DNA of 64,000 nucleotides, taken from NCBI GenBank assembly GCA_964247055.1, contig OZ176055.1:7378001-7442000 (forward strand), written 5' to 3'. The number at the start of each line of letters is the position of its first letter. Positions within the stretch are counted from its first letter, which is position 1. This document shows positions 25,547 through 37,222 of the stretch, one piece after another. A model generated the notes under the pieces. It did not search any database. It saw only the letters and a program-made list of their open reading frames with translations, and had not been told where the DNA came from. The position numbers and the translations under genes were made by a program. Origin of the DNA: Paragordius varius. Taxonomy: Eukaryota; Animalia; Nematomorpha.

Positions 25547-28500
25547 ATGTCGCTTGGCGTAGGGTACACCTCTTCCTCGCTAGGCGCTATTTTGGGAAAT
25601 TTTTCGGCTATAACGGAACGTTTAAGCCGTCAAACTACACCCCGTGTCTTAGCTACACGAGAAAAACTGCAGGAATTGGCCGAGGAATGGAGACAAAATG
25701 TGGCTCAACACGCGGAAACATCGCATTCGTATGCCCATTTGTTACGGCAAAAGAAAAAATGGCAACTTTTCCTAATCTCCGCAGTTATATGTGGCATTGA
25801 ACTAGCTTATGCTGCGGAAACGGCCTTCGTAAGTCCCATCCTGCTAAAGATTGGAATACCCACATCCTCCATGTCACTTATTTGGTGTTTAAGCCCACTA
25901 CTTGGGCTTGTCTTGGTCCCTATAATGGGTTCCCTGTCGGACAATTGTTATTCAAGGTTTGGGAGGCGGAGACCATTTTTATTACTCCTCTCGCTAGGTA
26001 TTATTTTTGGTTTAATCATGGTACCTAATGCACGATACATTGGTAAGCGAAGTGAAAATTCTAATGTACAATCTCCCTCTGATAATATCGCAACCGGGCA
26101 ACAAAATTTGTCATCTGCTCCAAATGCAATCGACAATAATCATAATATTTTGGATGTAACTACTGCAAATTCTCTTCTGAGCAATACAAAGGTCACAAAT
26201 TTAAACAGCATCATAACTAATCTAACCAGAAATCATTTAGTAAATGAAAGTAGTGAGGTGATATATTTGAGTAAAATCAATCGACATGGTTTAACATACA
26301 AAAATGGGATTCATTACAAAAGATTACCAGTCAGGGAAATTATCAAAAAGAATAAAGTGCGTAGAGGCATAAAGTTAGATGGGCTAAATATTGTAGAAAT
26401 TATAGAAGATGCGCCACAAAGCCCAAATTCTTCTAAAACTAGGGAAAGTCAAAAATCAAATCGTTTAAAGGGGGCCCAAAATGTAAAAAAAGTAATATCC
26501 ACAATATCAGTGCCAAAGCCAGAAACAAAAGACGAAAATGAATATTATTATGTTGATTATTACGTCGATGTAAGCGATACTCCTAAACCTAATCAGATGC
26601 ACGTAAATGTTATAGAGACATCTGACACATATACAAATCCAACAACTAAGTCACAGGATATTATAACACCTAGTAACTTGGCTAAACAGGTTGCTTTTGA
26701 CAATACTATTTCAAATAATTCTAAAGACAACAGCCTAGAATCCGATAGTGGAAGTGAAACCATTGCTAATATTAATGACACATTGGCAATAAATGCGATA
26801 GATAATTTAGAAGATGGTGCTTTTGCAAAAACCAGGGCCGAAAAACCAAGTACAACAGCAGTTTTCTTTACATGTTTGGGTGTTGTTATTCTAGACTTTT
26901 GCGCAGATGCTAGTCAAAGCCCAGCCCGAGCATATATGGTAGATGTCACATTACCTGAACAGCATACCTTAGGATTGAGCACTTTTACAATTTTTGCTGG
27001 GTTTGGCGGTTCCTTGGGGTATGCCCTGGGTGCCATTGATTGGAAGCGCAAAGTGGTTAAAAAAATTGTTAAATCTCCACATTCCTCTAAACTAATGAAA
27101 AAACAGGCCGCTCGAATTATTCCTCTTGATCATTACAGGATAGTGTTTGGAATTATCCTTGTGCTATTTTGCATATGCTTGATAGTTACCCTGACCAGTT
27201 TTAAAGAATTACCACTTGATAAGGAACCTACGATGTATGTTAAACCGGGTAGACCTAAATTCTCCATAGCCGCTATCAAAGAAATATTCGTTAAACCTAA
27301 TAGACCGAGTAGACCTAGCATATATAGTATAAGTAATGACAATCTTTCAGGCACCAGGAAAGTATCCCAAAAAGATGTTGCTGCGCACTTTGAGCAAAAT
27401 AATAATCCAAATGACAGTTTTAGAAATAATTCGTCAACGCCTATGGAAAATATTCCAGGTTTTGAAAAAAATGTTTTTTAATATACAAAGTTTATGGGTC
27501 AGTGGAAATTAAAAAATATAAGTATTTTTAAGTTACAAAAATCATAAGCTTTTAAAAAACGTAGGGAATATAAAACTTAATTTACTTTTGGCTACCAGCT
27601 GTAATTAACACTTCGTTACCTTTGAAGTAGTCTAACTAAGAGCAATTTGAAATTTAAATATCTTAAAAATGATTAAAGGTACTTTGTCATATATAAAAAT
27701 TTATTTTATTGGGCGCATGATTTAAAAAATTCTTGAAGAAAATAGAAAATTGTAAAATATCCTCAGCTCAAACTTTTTCACGGCGCAACAGTTGAATTTT
27801 ACCAGAAAATTTTCAATAAAGTTATTAAAAACAAGAAAAGTCGATTGTATTTTTTAGGTTTTAATGCTAAAATGCAACATGACTTCCATCTCAATGGTGT
27901 TTTTCCCAACATATAATTATTAAAAATTATACATTTTTTAAAATTTGACACATCATATATCATAGATTCCGTGCTTTTTTGACTTAATAAAAAATTTGCT
28001 GTAAAATATTAATCAATAATTATTCTTACCATTTTATGACCCGATAAAAGCACATATTTGTCCTAACATTTTTTAATATACCGGTAAAAACATGGGTTAT
28101 AATAGTCTCATAAGCAGAAGTGTTCAACATGCGGCCCTCCAAAATATTTTTGCAACCCGCGAAAACTCTCAAATACAAAATTTTACAACATCTAGTAAAA
28201 TTGTTTTTCTTAAACAAATTTTCTGAATAAATCTTTCCGATTTTGGTAATGTCCTTGCGAAAATTGTTGAAAATAGTAGTTTTTCAGTTTTATGTTTGAT
28301 GTTGTAATAATAAAATATTTTTTAATTCCCATATATTTTGCGAATGCGGTCGGATTGTTTGATCCTAAAATGCGGCCCGCGAAGCCATTTGTGTTGCTCC
28401 TACTTATAAGTATAAGCTTTTGAATAATTATTAATTGTTTTAATAACTTTTTCAGAAAACGATCAATTATCACCACATGAAATAAATTCCTCCTCTCCGT

Positions 28501-30013
28501 TTACTCTGACGGAAGAACCTGAATATTATAAACATTACATTAACGAGTCAAGATCTGATTCAATCGATACCAATCTTTCTATCCATGGATCAACGCCCAT
28601 AGTAAGAAGATTTTATAGGGTTGAATCCCGCCCATCCTTACCAGTGAACACGTTACCACCACCACCTCGCATATTGGATGAAATTGATAATGATTATGAA
28701 TATAATGACACTCAAAACAACGATACCAATCAAAACCATACCAGGTATAGTATGGTTCAAGGCACTGAACAAATGGAAACAAACGCTGTGGCTAAGAAAA
28801 GGAGTGGCGGCAAAAAGAAAAAAATTAAGGCACCGGTATCCTTATCTTCTTACCTTCGTTCCATCGTACATATGCCTAGATTCTTGCGATTGCTATGTAT
28901 AACTAATCTATTTTCCTGGATGTCTCTGGTCTGTTTTTCACTTTACTTTACGGATTATGTTGGCCAACACATTTTTGGAGGTGATCCTACAGTGCCAGAA
29001 GATGACCCACGACACGAAACTTACGAAAGAGGCGTAAGGTTTGGTTGTTGGGGAATGTCTCTGTACTCCCTTACATGTGCCGTTTATTCGCATTACATTG
29101 AACGATTTGTCTCAAAATATGGTAAGCTCTTCTTATTACAGACACTATTTTACATACATAATAATTTTTGATTTAACGACTAATATTATTTGAATAACCG
29201 ACATTTTCCCATTGTTTTATTATGTCGGAATATATTAACAGTAACTTTTATTTCATACAGCCGTGATAGTCCTTAAAACTAAAATTTGCGAATTTGCTTA
29301 TACGATATAAGTAAAATTCTATTTGGAATGGTAAATTTTCGAGTTCCTCTCATAAAATTATATACATTATATATTTTCAGGTGCTAAGCGCGTTTATGTC
29401 ATGGGACAATTAGCTTATTCGATTGGTATTTTTATGATGGCAATCAGTCGTAGCAAATGGGCCACTATAATGTTTTCTCCTTCACCGGGCATTATGTATG
29501 CCACACTTTTTACCATGCCCTACATCCTTATCACCCAATTTCATCAACAGGATTGTGTAAGTAGTTTTCGATTTGCATTCGCTTTTTTACAACCAATCTT
29601 TACACACTCATTTTTAAAATGCATAAAATCTTCAATTTATATTCTTACGCCATTAAAAATTTAAAGGTTACATAAAAAATAAATAAAACATTAGTTTTGT
29701 TATCCTTCTTATATAGGTAGAGACAAATAATGAAAAGTCCCAACCCCCTTATTCAATTGACGCTGAGAACCTAGATCCCAAATCATCAGTAACTAAAAGG
29801 GGAGATGAGATAAATGAACAACTCCGTGGCCTGGGAACTGATATAGCTATAGTAAGTTCCATGGTTTTTTGGGCCCAATTCATGCTCTCCTCTGTTATCG
29901 GCACAATGATGGATAAATTAAATACGACTGGTATCGTTCCTTACTTGGCATCAGTCCTAAGTCTCTGCGGTGCTATATGTGCATCACGCATTAATTATCC
30001 ACCAGGCATTTGA
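25547..30013 (+). CDS. SLC45-family (sucrose/H+ symporter-like MFS) transporter, 4 exons, about 1016 aa
   Basis: Exons: 25547-27458, 28456-29121, 29381-29556, 29717-30013 (3051 nt). Family motifs: GIELAYAAETAFVSPILL, SDNCYSRFGRRRPF, LDFCADASQSPARAY, CITNLFSWMSLVCFSLYFTDYVG, YERGVRFGCWGM, RGLGTDIAIVSSMVF. The paralog (A1-A4) cannot be assigned by eye. Confidence 0.92.
28115..28402 (+). mobile_element. hAT-like MITE family B in SLC45 intron 1
   Basis: CAGAAGTGTTCAACATGCGGCCCTCC ... GCGGCCCGCGAAGCCATTTGTGTTG; TSD CTCATAAG / CTTATAAG (7/8). Confidence 0.75.
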
Positions 30014-30239
30014 AAGGATTAATTTTTTTTTGTTGAACATGTCTACTAAATATAATTATTATTATTATATGTGTAAAGTAGAATAGAAATAGTACCATTA
30101 TACATAAATTAAAAATACATAAAACAAATTATTTATCTTGAAAATTATATAAATTTAAAAGGAGATTATAAATTATACATATTATATCGCTACATTTTTA
30201 GTTCAGTTTTTAAAGTAAAGATCAAATTGAGGCTTAATA

Positions 30240-31700
30240 AACATGGCATTTCATTTGAAACTAGTCATCGCATAATGTCTTTCTCTCCGAATTTCGAAAT
30301 TATTTTTGTCAATATGCAAAAATTAGCCGTTAGAATGGTTTGTTGATAAACAATCCGTTAGTATGGGTATGCAAATTAGCGAACGTTTTCGTTTCTTAAC
30401 TTGGCCTTCCGTAAATAAAACGCTACACTCTATTATGACACCCTATTCAAACATTGAGCGCATTTATTGTAAGGATGATTATAGGCTTAATATTTATGGA
30501 AAATTTTTTAAAAATTTTGTTTCCCCAAGATTTAATTGTGCTACTTTCGACATAAGATTTTCCATCATACTATATAAATACCAAAGAATTATCATATTGC
30601 CAAATTTAACAATGTAATTCATATGTTTTATATAAAAAATTACTAACCCAAATAAATAAATTATGGTCATGAATTGATGGTATTGTTTCGCCATTCATGC
30701 TTAAATATTTACCAATAGGTATTTATTATCAATCAGGTGTAATAATAGGTTTTACTGTCATGCCCATGCCTTAAAAACTAATGTCTTTCTTTGAGTGGCC
30801 CATTGATGCGATATTCTATTAATGAGATGGTCCCTGTCGGATATTTGGCGGATGTTATATGCCAATAAATCGATTACATGGTGTGTGTCCTTGGTTTTTC
30901 TACTTGAGACGGACAATCATGAAATTTCTATATCTTCCGACCAATTCTCGTTTTCGATTAATGAATGGTTTAAATTAATTATTTACAAGTGATAGTGTTG
31001 TGTAATAAGATATCACCGGGTTTCACAAGCTCACAATACGCTAAATCTCTAACACAAAACACAGAGGTCGGTCTTCGTGCTTAAGCGTCGGCATTGGTAT
31101 TGATAGACGGGCTCAAGCCATTCCGTTTTAGAGTTAGAAAAAAAGCCATTTCTCACCACCCGTCCCGATTTGATTCCCAAATGGTTTTTAATGTGACACT
31201 GAAGCAGTAAATCACAATAGATCCCATTTGTAGAGGTCTATTGATTGTTTTTTATGATTTGTATTGCCTCTACTAATTAATCTTGAGTTGGGATATCATT
31301 TAATAACTTACAATATCTTCTTCGAAGTTGGTGATTAAGTAAAGACTTCACGATACATTGAAATCACAACTTTTAGTATATTTATCATATGTTTCTGCTA
31401 TAAAACGACAACATTTGATATCTGATGGCGACGCCTGCCGCATATATTCTTTTCCAGGCAAAAAATTGAAATGATTACTAAATCATAAAAAGAAGGCGGA
31501 AGTCTTTGGCAATCTGAGCTTGTGTGTGTTTGTCATTTAATGCCAGATGAACAAAATGGGATTTGTATCAGATTAATCGTGTGCATAATTTTCGCTGACG
31601 TCTTCTCTTAGTTAAACCGGTAATAACTTATCACCATACCTGTTATTTTTTGTTGCACACTTTAATAATGGCTTATAAATTAATTTTAACAAACAGCTGA
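30240..31700 (-). mobile_element. Degenerate gypsy-like LTR retrotransposon pol relic
   Basis: Motif remnants appear in gypsy order on the minus strand: NADA(L)SR-like RNase H end (about 31080), HD..YW integrase Zn-finger remnant (about 30860-30920), DNKYLLV (about 30715-30735), AY.HP...LNR (about 30450-30490). Many stops; no LTRs found. Confidence 0.5.
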
Positions 31701-32500
31701 TTCCATAATAATTATCAAAAATTTGCTGATAAATTATAATTAACAAAAAATTGATTGAAAGCTATAATAGCGCAAAAAAATTAGAGAAAACATTATGTAC
31801 AGAACTCGATTTGAGTCTATAATTTCCTCTTTTTTATATATAAAAACCAATCTCTAATATTTTTCAAATCATATTTAAAACATATGTTTTTCAACTAATC
31901 CACAGTTTAAAATTATCAGTAATTTAAAAATTTGCGGTTTTATGATCTTATTAATTATTTTATCTGAAGTTATAAAAATGAGATTTTCAGTTTAATATAC
32001 AGTGGGAACAAACTAAATATCATCATATTCTTTAGTAAAATAATGGCTCAAACTGTTAGGGTGGATACCAATTCATTCCCTAAAATCTAAAAAATACATA
32101 TTTGGCAGCTATTACTATAATAAAAGAAATGCTTATAGCCAAGATATTTTCTATAATTTTAAATAAAGGAAGCTTAACATCGTTGTATTATTTTAATGTT
32201 TTGATCTAAAAGTTATGCATTTCGAAAATTGATTATACGCTAGTCTTTATGTTAACACATGTTTTTAATCAAGAGGGAAAGAGACGTAAACTTTCTTATA
32301 TCACTCGTAAGGGAAATAAAAATCATTAGGATAATCTTGTTACATTTTCCTATCAGAATATATATTTATTAATGTTATTTTTTATACCCCCTGATTTTCG
32401 CAGTGTAATAACATTTAAAAAGTTTTAGGATAATTATTCAGTTTGGTGTAACAAAGTGTAGTCAAAAATTATCCTAATAATATATTATGCTAGAAGAATA

Positions 32501-33098
32501 AATGTTTATTTAAATAAGCTTTTTATACCGTTTCCATCATGCCTCAATATAGTATGAAGTAAACTTCAACAAAATCTTTCTAAAAATCAAATTTTAGAAA
32601 AAAATGCATTTTTTAAAAAATATTATTATATTATCTAGGCTATTTTAAATAGCGTAAAAAATGAAACTTTTGGAGCCCGCATTTAAGATAAAATTTTTTG
32701 AAAATGTTTAAGTGTAGTTTGGTGCTTTTGGTCTTGTCTCTTATGAGTGATTTAAAAAATTATTTATACTTTTAGGTGCTCCATATATAAAAATTTTAAA
32801 ATTTGAGGACATTTTTTTTAAATAATTTTTTGGTGAAAGTTAAATGCTACATTCCAAATATCAATAAAATATATCATTAAACTACACTTAAACATTTTCA
32901 AAAAATTTTATCTTAAATGCGGGCTCCAAAAGTTTCATTTTTTACGCTATTTAAAATAGCCTAGATAATATAATAATATTTTTTTAAAAATGCATTTTTT
33001 TCTAAAATTTGATTTTTAGAAAGATTTTGTTGAAGTTTACTTCATACTATTTTGAGGCATGATGGAAACGGTATAAAAAGCTTATTTAAATAAACATT
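32501..33098. repeat. Near-perfect palindrome: 220-bp arms with a 158-bp spacer
   Basis: 32501-32720 is the reverse complement of 32879-33098, with about 2 differences by eye. Confidence 0.95.
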
Positions 33099-33730
33099 AA
33101 TCCGAGTAGAACAATTTTATCGCTTAAGAATTTTAATTTAAAGATTCGTTTGCTTTCACTCTTTGGTAAACTTTAATAAAAAACACAAATTATTTTTAAC
33201 ATATATTTGAAAGCGAAAAAATATATTAAAATTCTGAGGCGATAAAAAAGCTCAGCATCATCGTTTTATGGAGAAAAAGTGATTTAATATTTTAAAACTT
33301 TCTTAAACTGTTTCCACGATCCCTCAAAATCGAATGAAGCCTGTTTCAGCAAACTTCGGTAAAATATAAATTTTTCATTTTTAAAAAATTATTTATAGTT
33401 GATATCAAATTTAACATATCTAAAATTTTATCGCAGAATCTGGGCATTTTTGCCTATTTTAGGATTGGCCCACTTTAGATGAGTGAAAAATTTAGGTTCG
33501 GAGCTCATATCTAAAAATTAAATTTTTTAAAGCTTGCCTTTTATGAATATTTTAGTAATATATTTTAAAATTAAGCATTTTGCTTTCACCAAAATAATTT
33601 TATTTTTAAAAAATATGCAATTTTGCCATTTTTTGATATATGGAGCACTTAACACAAAAGTGTAAATAAATTTCTTAAATCACTTGTAGGGATTAAAATC
33701 GAAACATGATATTCCCGATACATTTTCTCT

Positions 33731-35255
33731 CAGTGGGGGAAATAAAAAAGTCGCACTTGACTTGTAAGTCAAGCGTGGCAAGTCGAGCAAGTTTACTTAA
33801 GCTAGCAAGTGTACATTTAAGATCGGTGATAAAAAAAACACTTAAATCAGTCTTTTGTTTATGAGTGTAACATTTTTTTGCCACCCAATTAGAATTTTAC
33901 GGAAATTTTTTTGATCGTTTTCAGCCAAAATTTATGATATAAGACACAAAAAGATAAATAATTAATAAAATATGCATTTATTGAATTAAACTTACTGGCA
34001 CGTATCTTATTTAATATTATATAATTTTCTAAATATTGAGCCTGGTAATATTTTTTAGATTGATGAAACCATACGCCCTTAAAACACTTTCCATTATTTT
34101 ATCACACTAATCATTTTGTTTGGAGTCTATTTGCAAATATAATGGGAAGATATTTATACAATATAACATATTATTATTTTTGACACTTCGATTCAAATTG
34201 GGGTATCTAAATACCCCAGACTAAATTTAAATTAATATTTTTAAAAAACTACTGAAGGAAACGGTCCCAATTTAAATTTATGCCTCTATCCTAATAAAAA
34301 TTATATAAATATGTCAAAATATCTAAATAAAATTTTGTCTAATAAAAAAGTTCCATGTCAAACTATATCGACGCCATTTTTATCATACAAATTTTTTGCA
34401 AAATATCGTCTTCATTTAATTTTAAGGGTAAAATTAGAGCTAATTTTTTATTTAAATTACATCTAACATGGATAGAAATAGAAAAAGCGCTTTATTTTGG
34501 ATTATATTTTAATTTTACCAATTTACACATGTCACGTTGACGGAATTTTACCTTTCGGTTTTAGCTTAAAATAAGTAATATCAAGTATTTTTGAATAAAA
34601 TTTTTTATATTTTCGGTTTAATAATGTTATATAAGTGCAAAATTTTGCCATGGTTTTGATTCCTTTCATACTCTATAAAGTATTTGTTTTTAAACAGGCC
34701 TGGGGTATCCAACTACCCCAATTTGAATCGAAGGACTAAAATGAGTGTGTTGTATCCAAGTGTTAATTAATTTATCATTACATTAATATATTTATGATGA
34801 TATAAATTTTTTACATTAGTTAATAGTAATTTAGTGTTTAATAAACGAAGATTTGAAATTTTTCAAGATTAATATTTAATTATTAATTATATAAAATTTT
34901 TGAGAATCCACTTTTTTGCAGTCACAGAATCGATATATATAGCATATTTTTATATGCCATGTTCTTAAATATTAGCAGTTTTATAAATTTCTCTTTTGTA
35001 TCCACCCAATGAATAGATTAATTAGCCAAAATTTATCAAATTAACAATTTATAGCATAAACAAAGGTTTATATTACATTAAACCTAAATTCTGAATCTTT
35101 AAGTTTTACTTGATCATATGATTTTTTATCACCTCCGAATCAAATTTCTTACTTGACTTAAGTCGTGTAATGTTAATTTTTTTAACACATGGAAGCAAGC
35201 CATGACTTGAAAAACTTGCGAGTCAAGGAAAAAAAATTTTTTTATCACCCGACCC
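33731..35255 (-). mobile_element. GGGTGGGG-terminal TIR element, copy 1 (interrupted by the piggyBac-like MITE)
   Basis: Colinear inverted homolog of 35418-36388 throughout; ends ...TTTTATCACCCGACCC. Confidence 0.7.
34184..34762 (-). mobile_element. piggyBac-like MITE, full copy inserted at TTAA
   Basis: TTGA|CACTTCGATTC...TATCCAAGTG|TTAA; the empty site is visible in the paralogous arm at about 35935-35975. Confidence 0.85.
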
Positions 35256-35417
35256 AGTATCTATATATTTCATCAGGTTATTTATTATACCCCCGATTTT
35301 GCACATTCTGTTATGTGTTCAAATTTTTCTATATACAATTAGAATAATAGTTAAAGTAACTTTCTTAAATCAGTATTTAACACCTCGATTATAGGGGTAT
35401 CAAATGTTCCAGACTAT

Positions 35418-36388
35418 GGGTGGGGTGATAATATTTTTTTAACTTGACTTTCAAGTCATAGCTTGCTATGTTATAAAAAAATAGAGGACTTAAGTCAAGC
35501 ATGAAAACATGATTCGGAGGTGATAAAAAATCATATGATCAGGTAGAACTTAGATTTTACAAGTGTGGTATAGGGCACACTTGACACATTTTAAAATATG
35601 GATAGAATAATTTTGCAAACTTTTTATGTATGTAATTTAGGTTTTATATGTAATTAAAACCTTTGTTATTGCTGTTTATTTGATAAATTTTGGCTAATTG
35701 ACCTATTTAAATTGGGTTGGATACATAAGAGGATAAATTTATAAAAACGCTAATATTTAAGATGGTATATAAAAATATGCTAAATGTATCAATTCCGTGA
35801 CCGCAAAAAAATTGTCAAAAATTTCTTAAAATTAATAATATTAATCTTGTAAAATTTTAAATCTTCGTTTGTTAAACGCTAAAGGTTACTTCACTATTAA
35901 CTAATGTAAAGAATTTATTTTATCATTTCGAATGTAATGATAAATTAATTAAAAATAATAATATGTTATATTGTTCTTCCCATTATATTTGCAAATGGAC
36001 TCCAAACAAAATGAGTAGAGTGATAAAATAATGGGAGGAAGAGAGAGAGAAAGAGAGAGTTTTAAGGGCGTATGGTTTCATCAATCTAAAAATTATTACC
36101 AGGCTCAATATTTAGAAAATTATATAACATTAAATAAGATACGTGCCAGTAAGTTTACTTCAATAAATGCATATTGTATTAATTATTTATCTTTTGTGCC
36201 TTATTCCATAAATTTTGGCTAAAAATGATATAAATAATTTCCGTAAAATTTGATTTGGATGGCCAAAATGTTCTCATAAGCAAAAGACTTAAATTTTTTT
36301 TATCATTCTTCAACAATTTCTGGCTTAAGTAAACTTGCTCAACACGCTTGACTAACAAGTCAAGTGGGACTTTTTTGTCACCCCACCC
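35418..36388 (+). mobile_element. GGGTGGGG-terminal TIR element, copy 2 (about 970 bp; 3-bp TAT TSD; PIF/Harbinger-like by termini)
   Basis: TAT|GGGTGGGGTGATAA ... TTGTCACCCCACCC|TAT; subterminal ACTTGACT..AAGTCAAG motifs at both ends. Confidence 0.7.
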
Positions 36389-36459
36389 TATATTTAAATT
36401 AATATTATTTAAAAACTTCTACAAGAAACGGTTTCAATTTCATTTAATTTGATATTTAA

Positions 36460-36686
36460 CTCATGCACACATGCCATATTGACAACTTATAATTTTGGGT
36501 TTTACCTCAGAATAAGTAATATTAAATTTTTGAATAAGTTTTTTTATATTTCGGTTATATATGTGAAACATTTTACATGTTTTTATTCCTATATTTTTCA
36601 AGTATTAATATTTTAAACAAGCCTGAGGTCTCTAACTACCCCGATTTTTCATCAAAGGACTGAAATGAATGTGTTGTGTCCAAGTG
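36460..36686 (-). mobile_element. piggyBac-like MITE, partial copy
   Basis: Ends ...GAATGTGTTGTGTCCAAGTG|TTAA. Confidence 0.65.
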
Positions 36687-37222
36687 TTAAAATGAAAAGC
36701 AGTATGAAATTTTTATTCGGTTATTTTAATTTATAGAATATATATTCGCATACACCCCCTCCCACCGATTTTATGCACTGCGTAGCATATTTAGAATATC
36801 ATAAATTATTATCTCGTAATCTTTCTTTTTTAGATACCAAAATAAATTTAAAGAGATCTTTCAAATATGTAAATAATAAATTTCATAATTTAAATACAAA
36901 AAAATAATTTTTTTTACCCAAAAATCATTCATATGCCAATTCTAATTGGCGGCTAAAATAAATAAATTTTACAATGATATATTATTGTATATTTACACGC
37001 AAATTTTACACACTTATGTCACTAATATTTTTGGATATAGATTCACAGTCCGTCTGGATAGAAAACTACCTAAAGGATCTCAAATTATTGGAATTAAATA
37101 TTTTATATAGATATAAATTCTTAAAATTTCAAAAGTTTGATATATGTTCATAGTGCAAAATAAATAGTGTGATCAAAAATCATAAGGTTTTTAAAACATT
37201 TTTATACTTTTACATACGCGAC

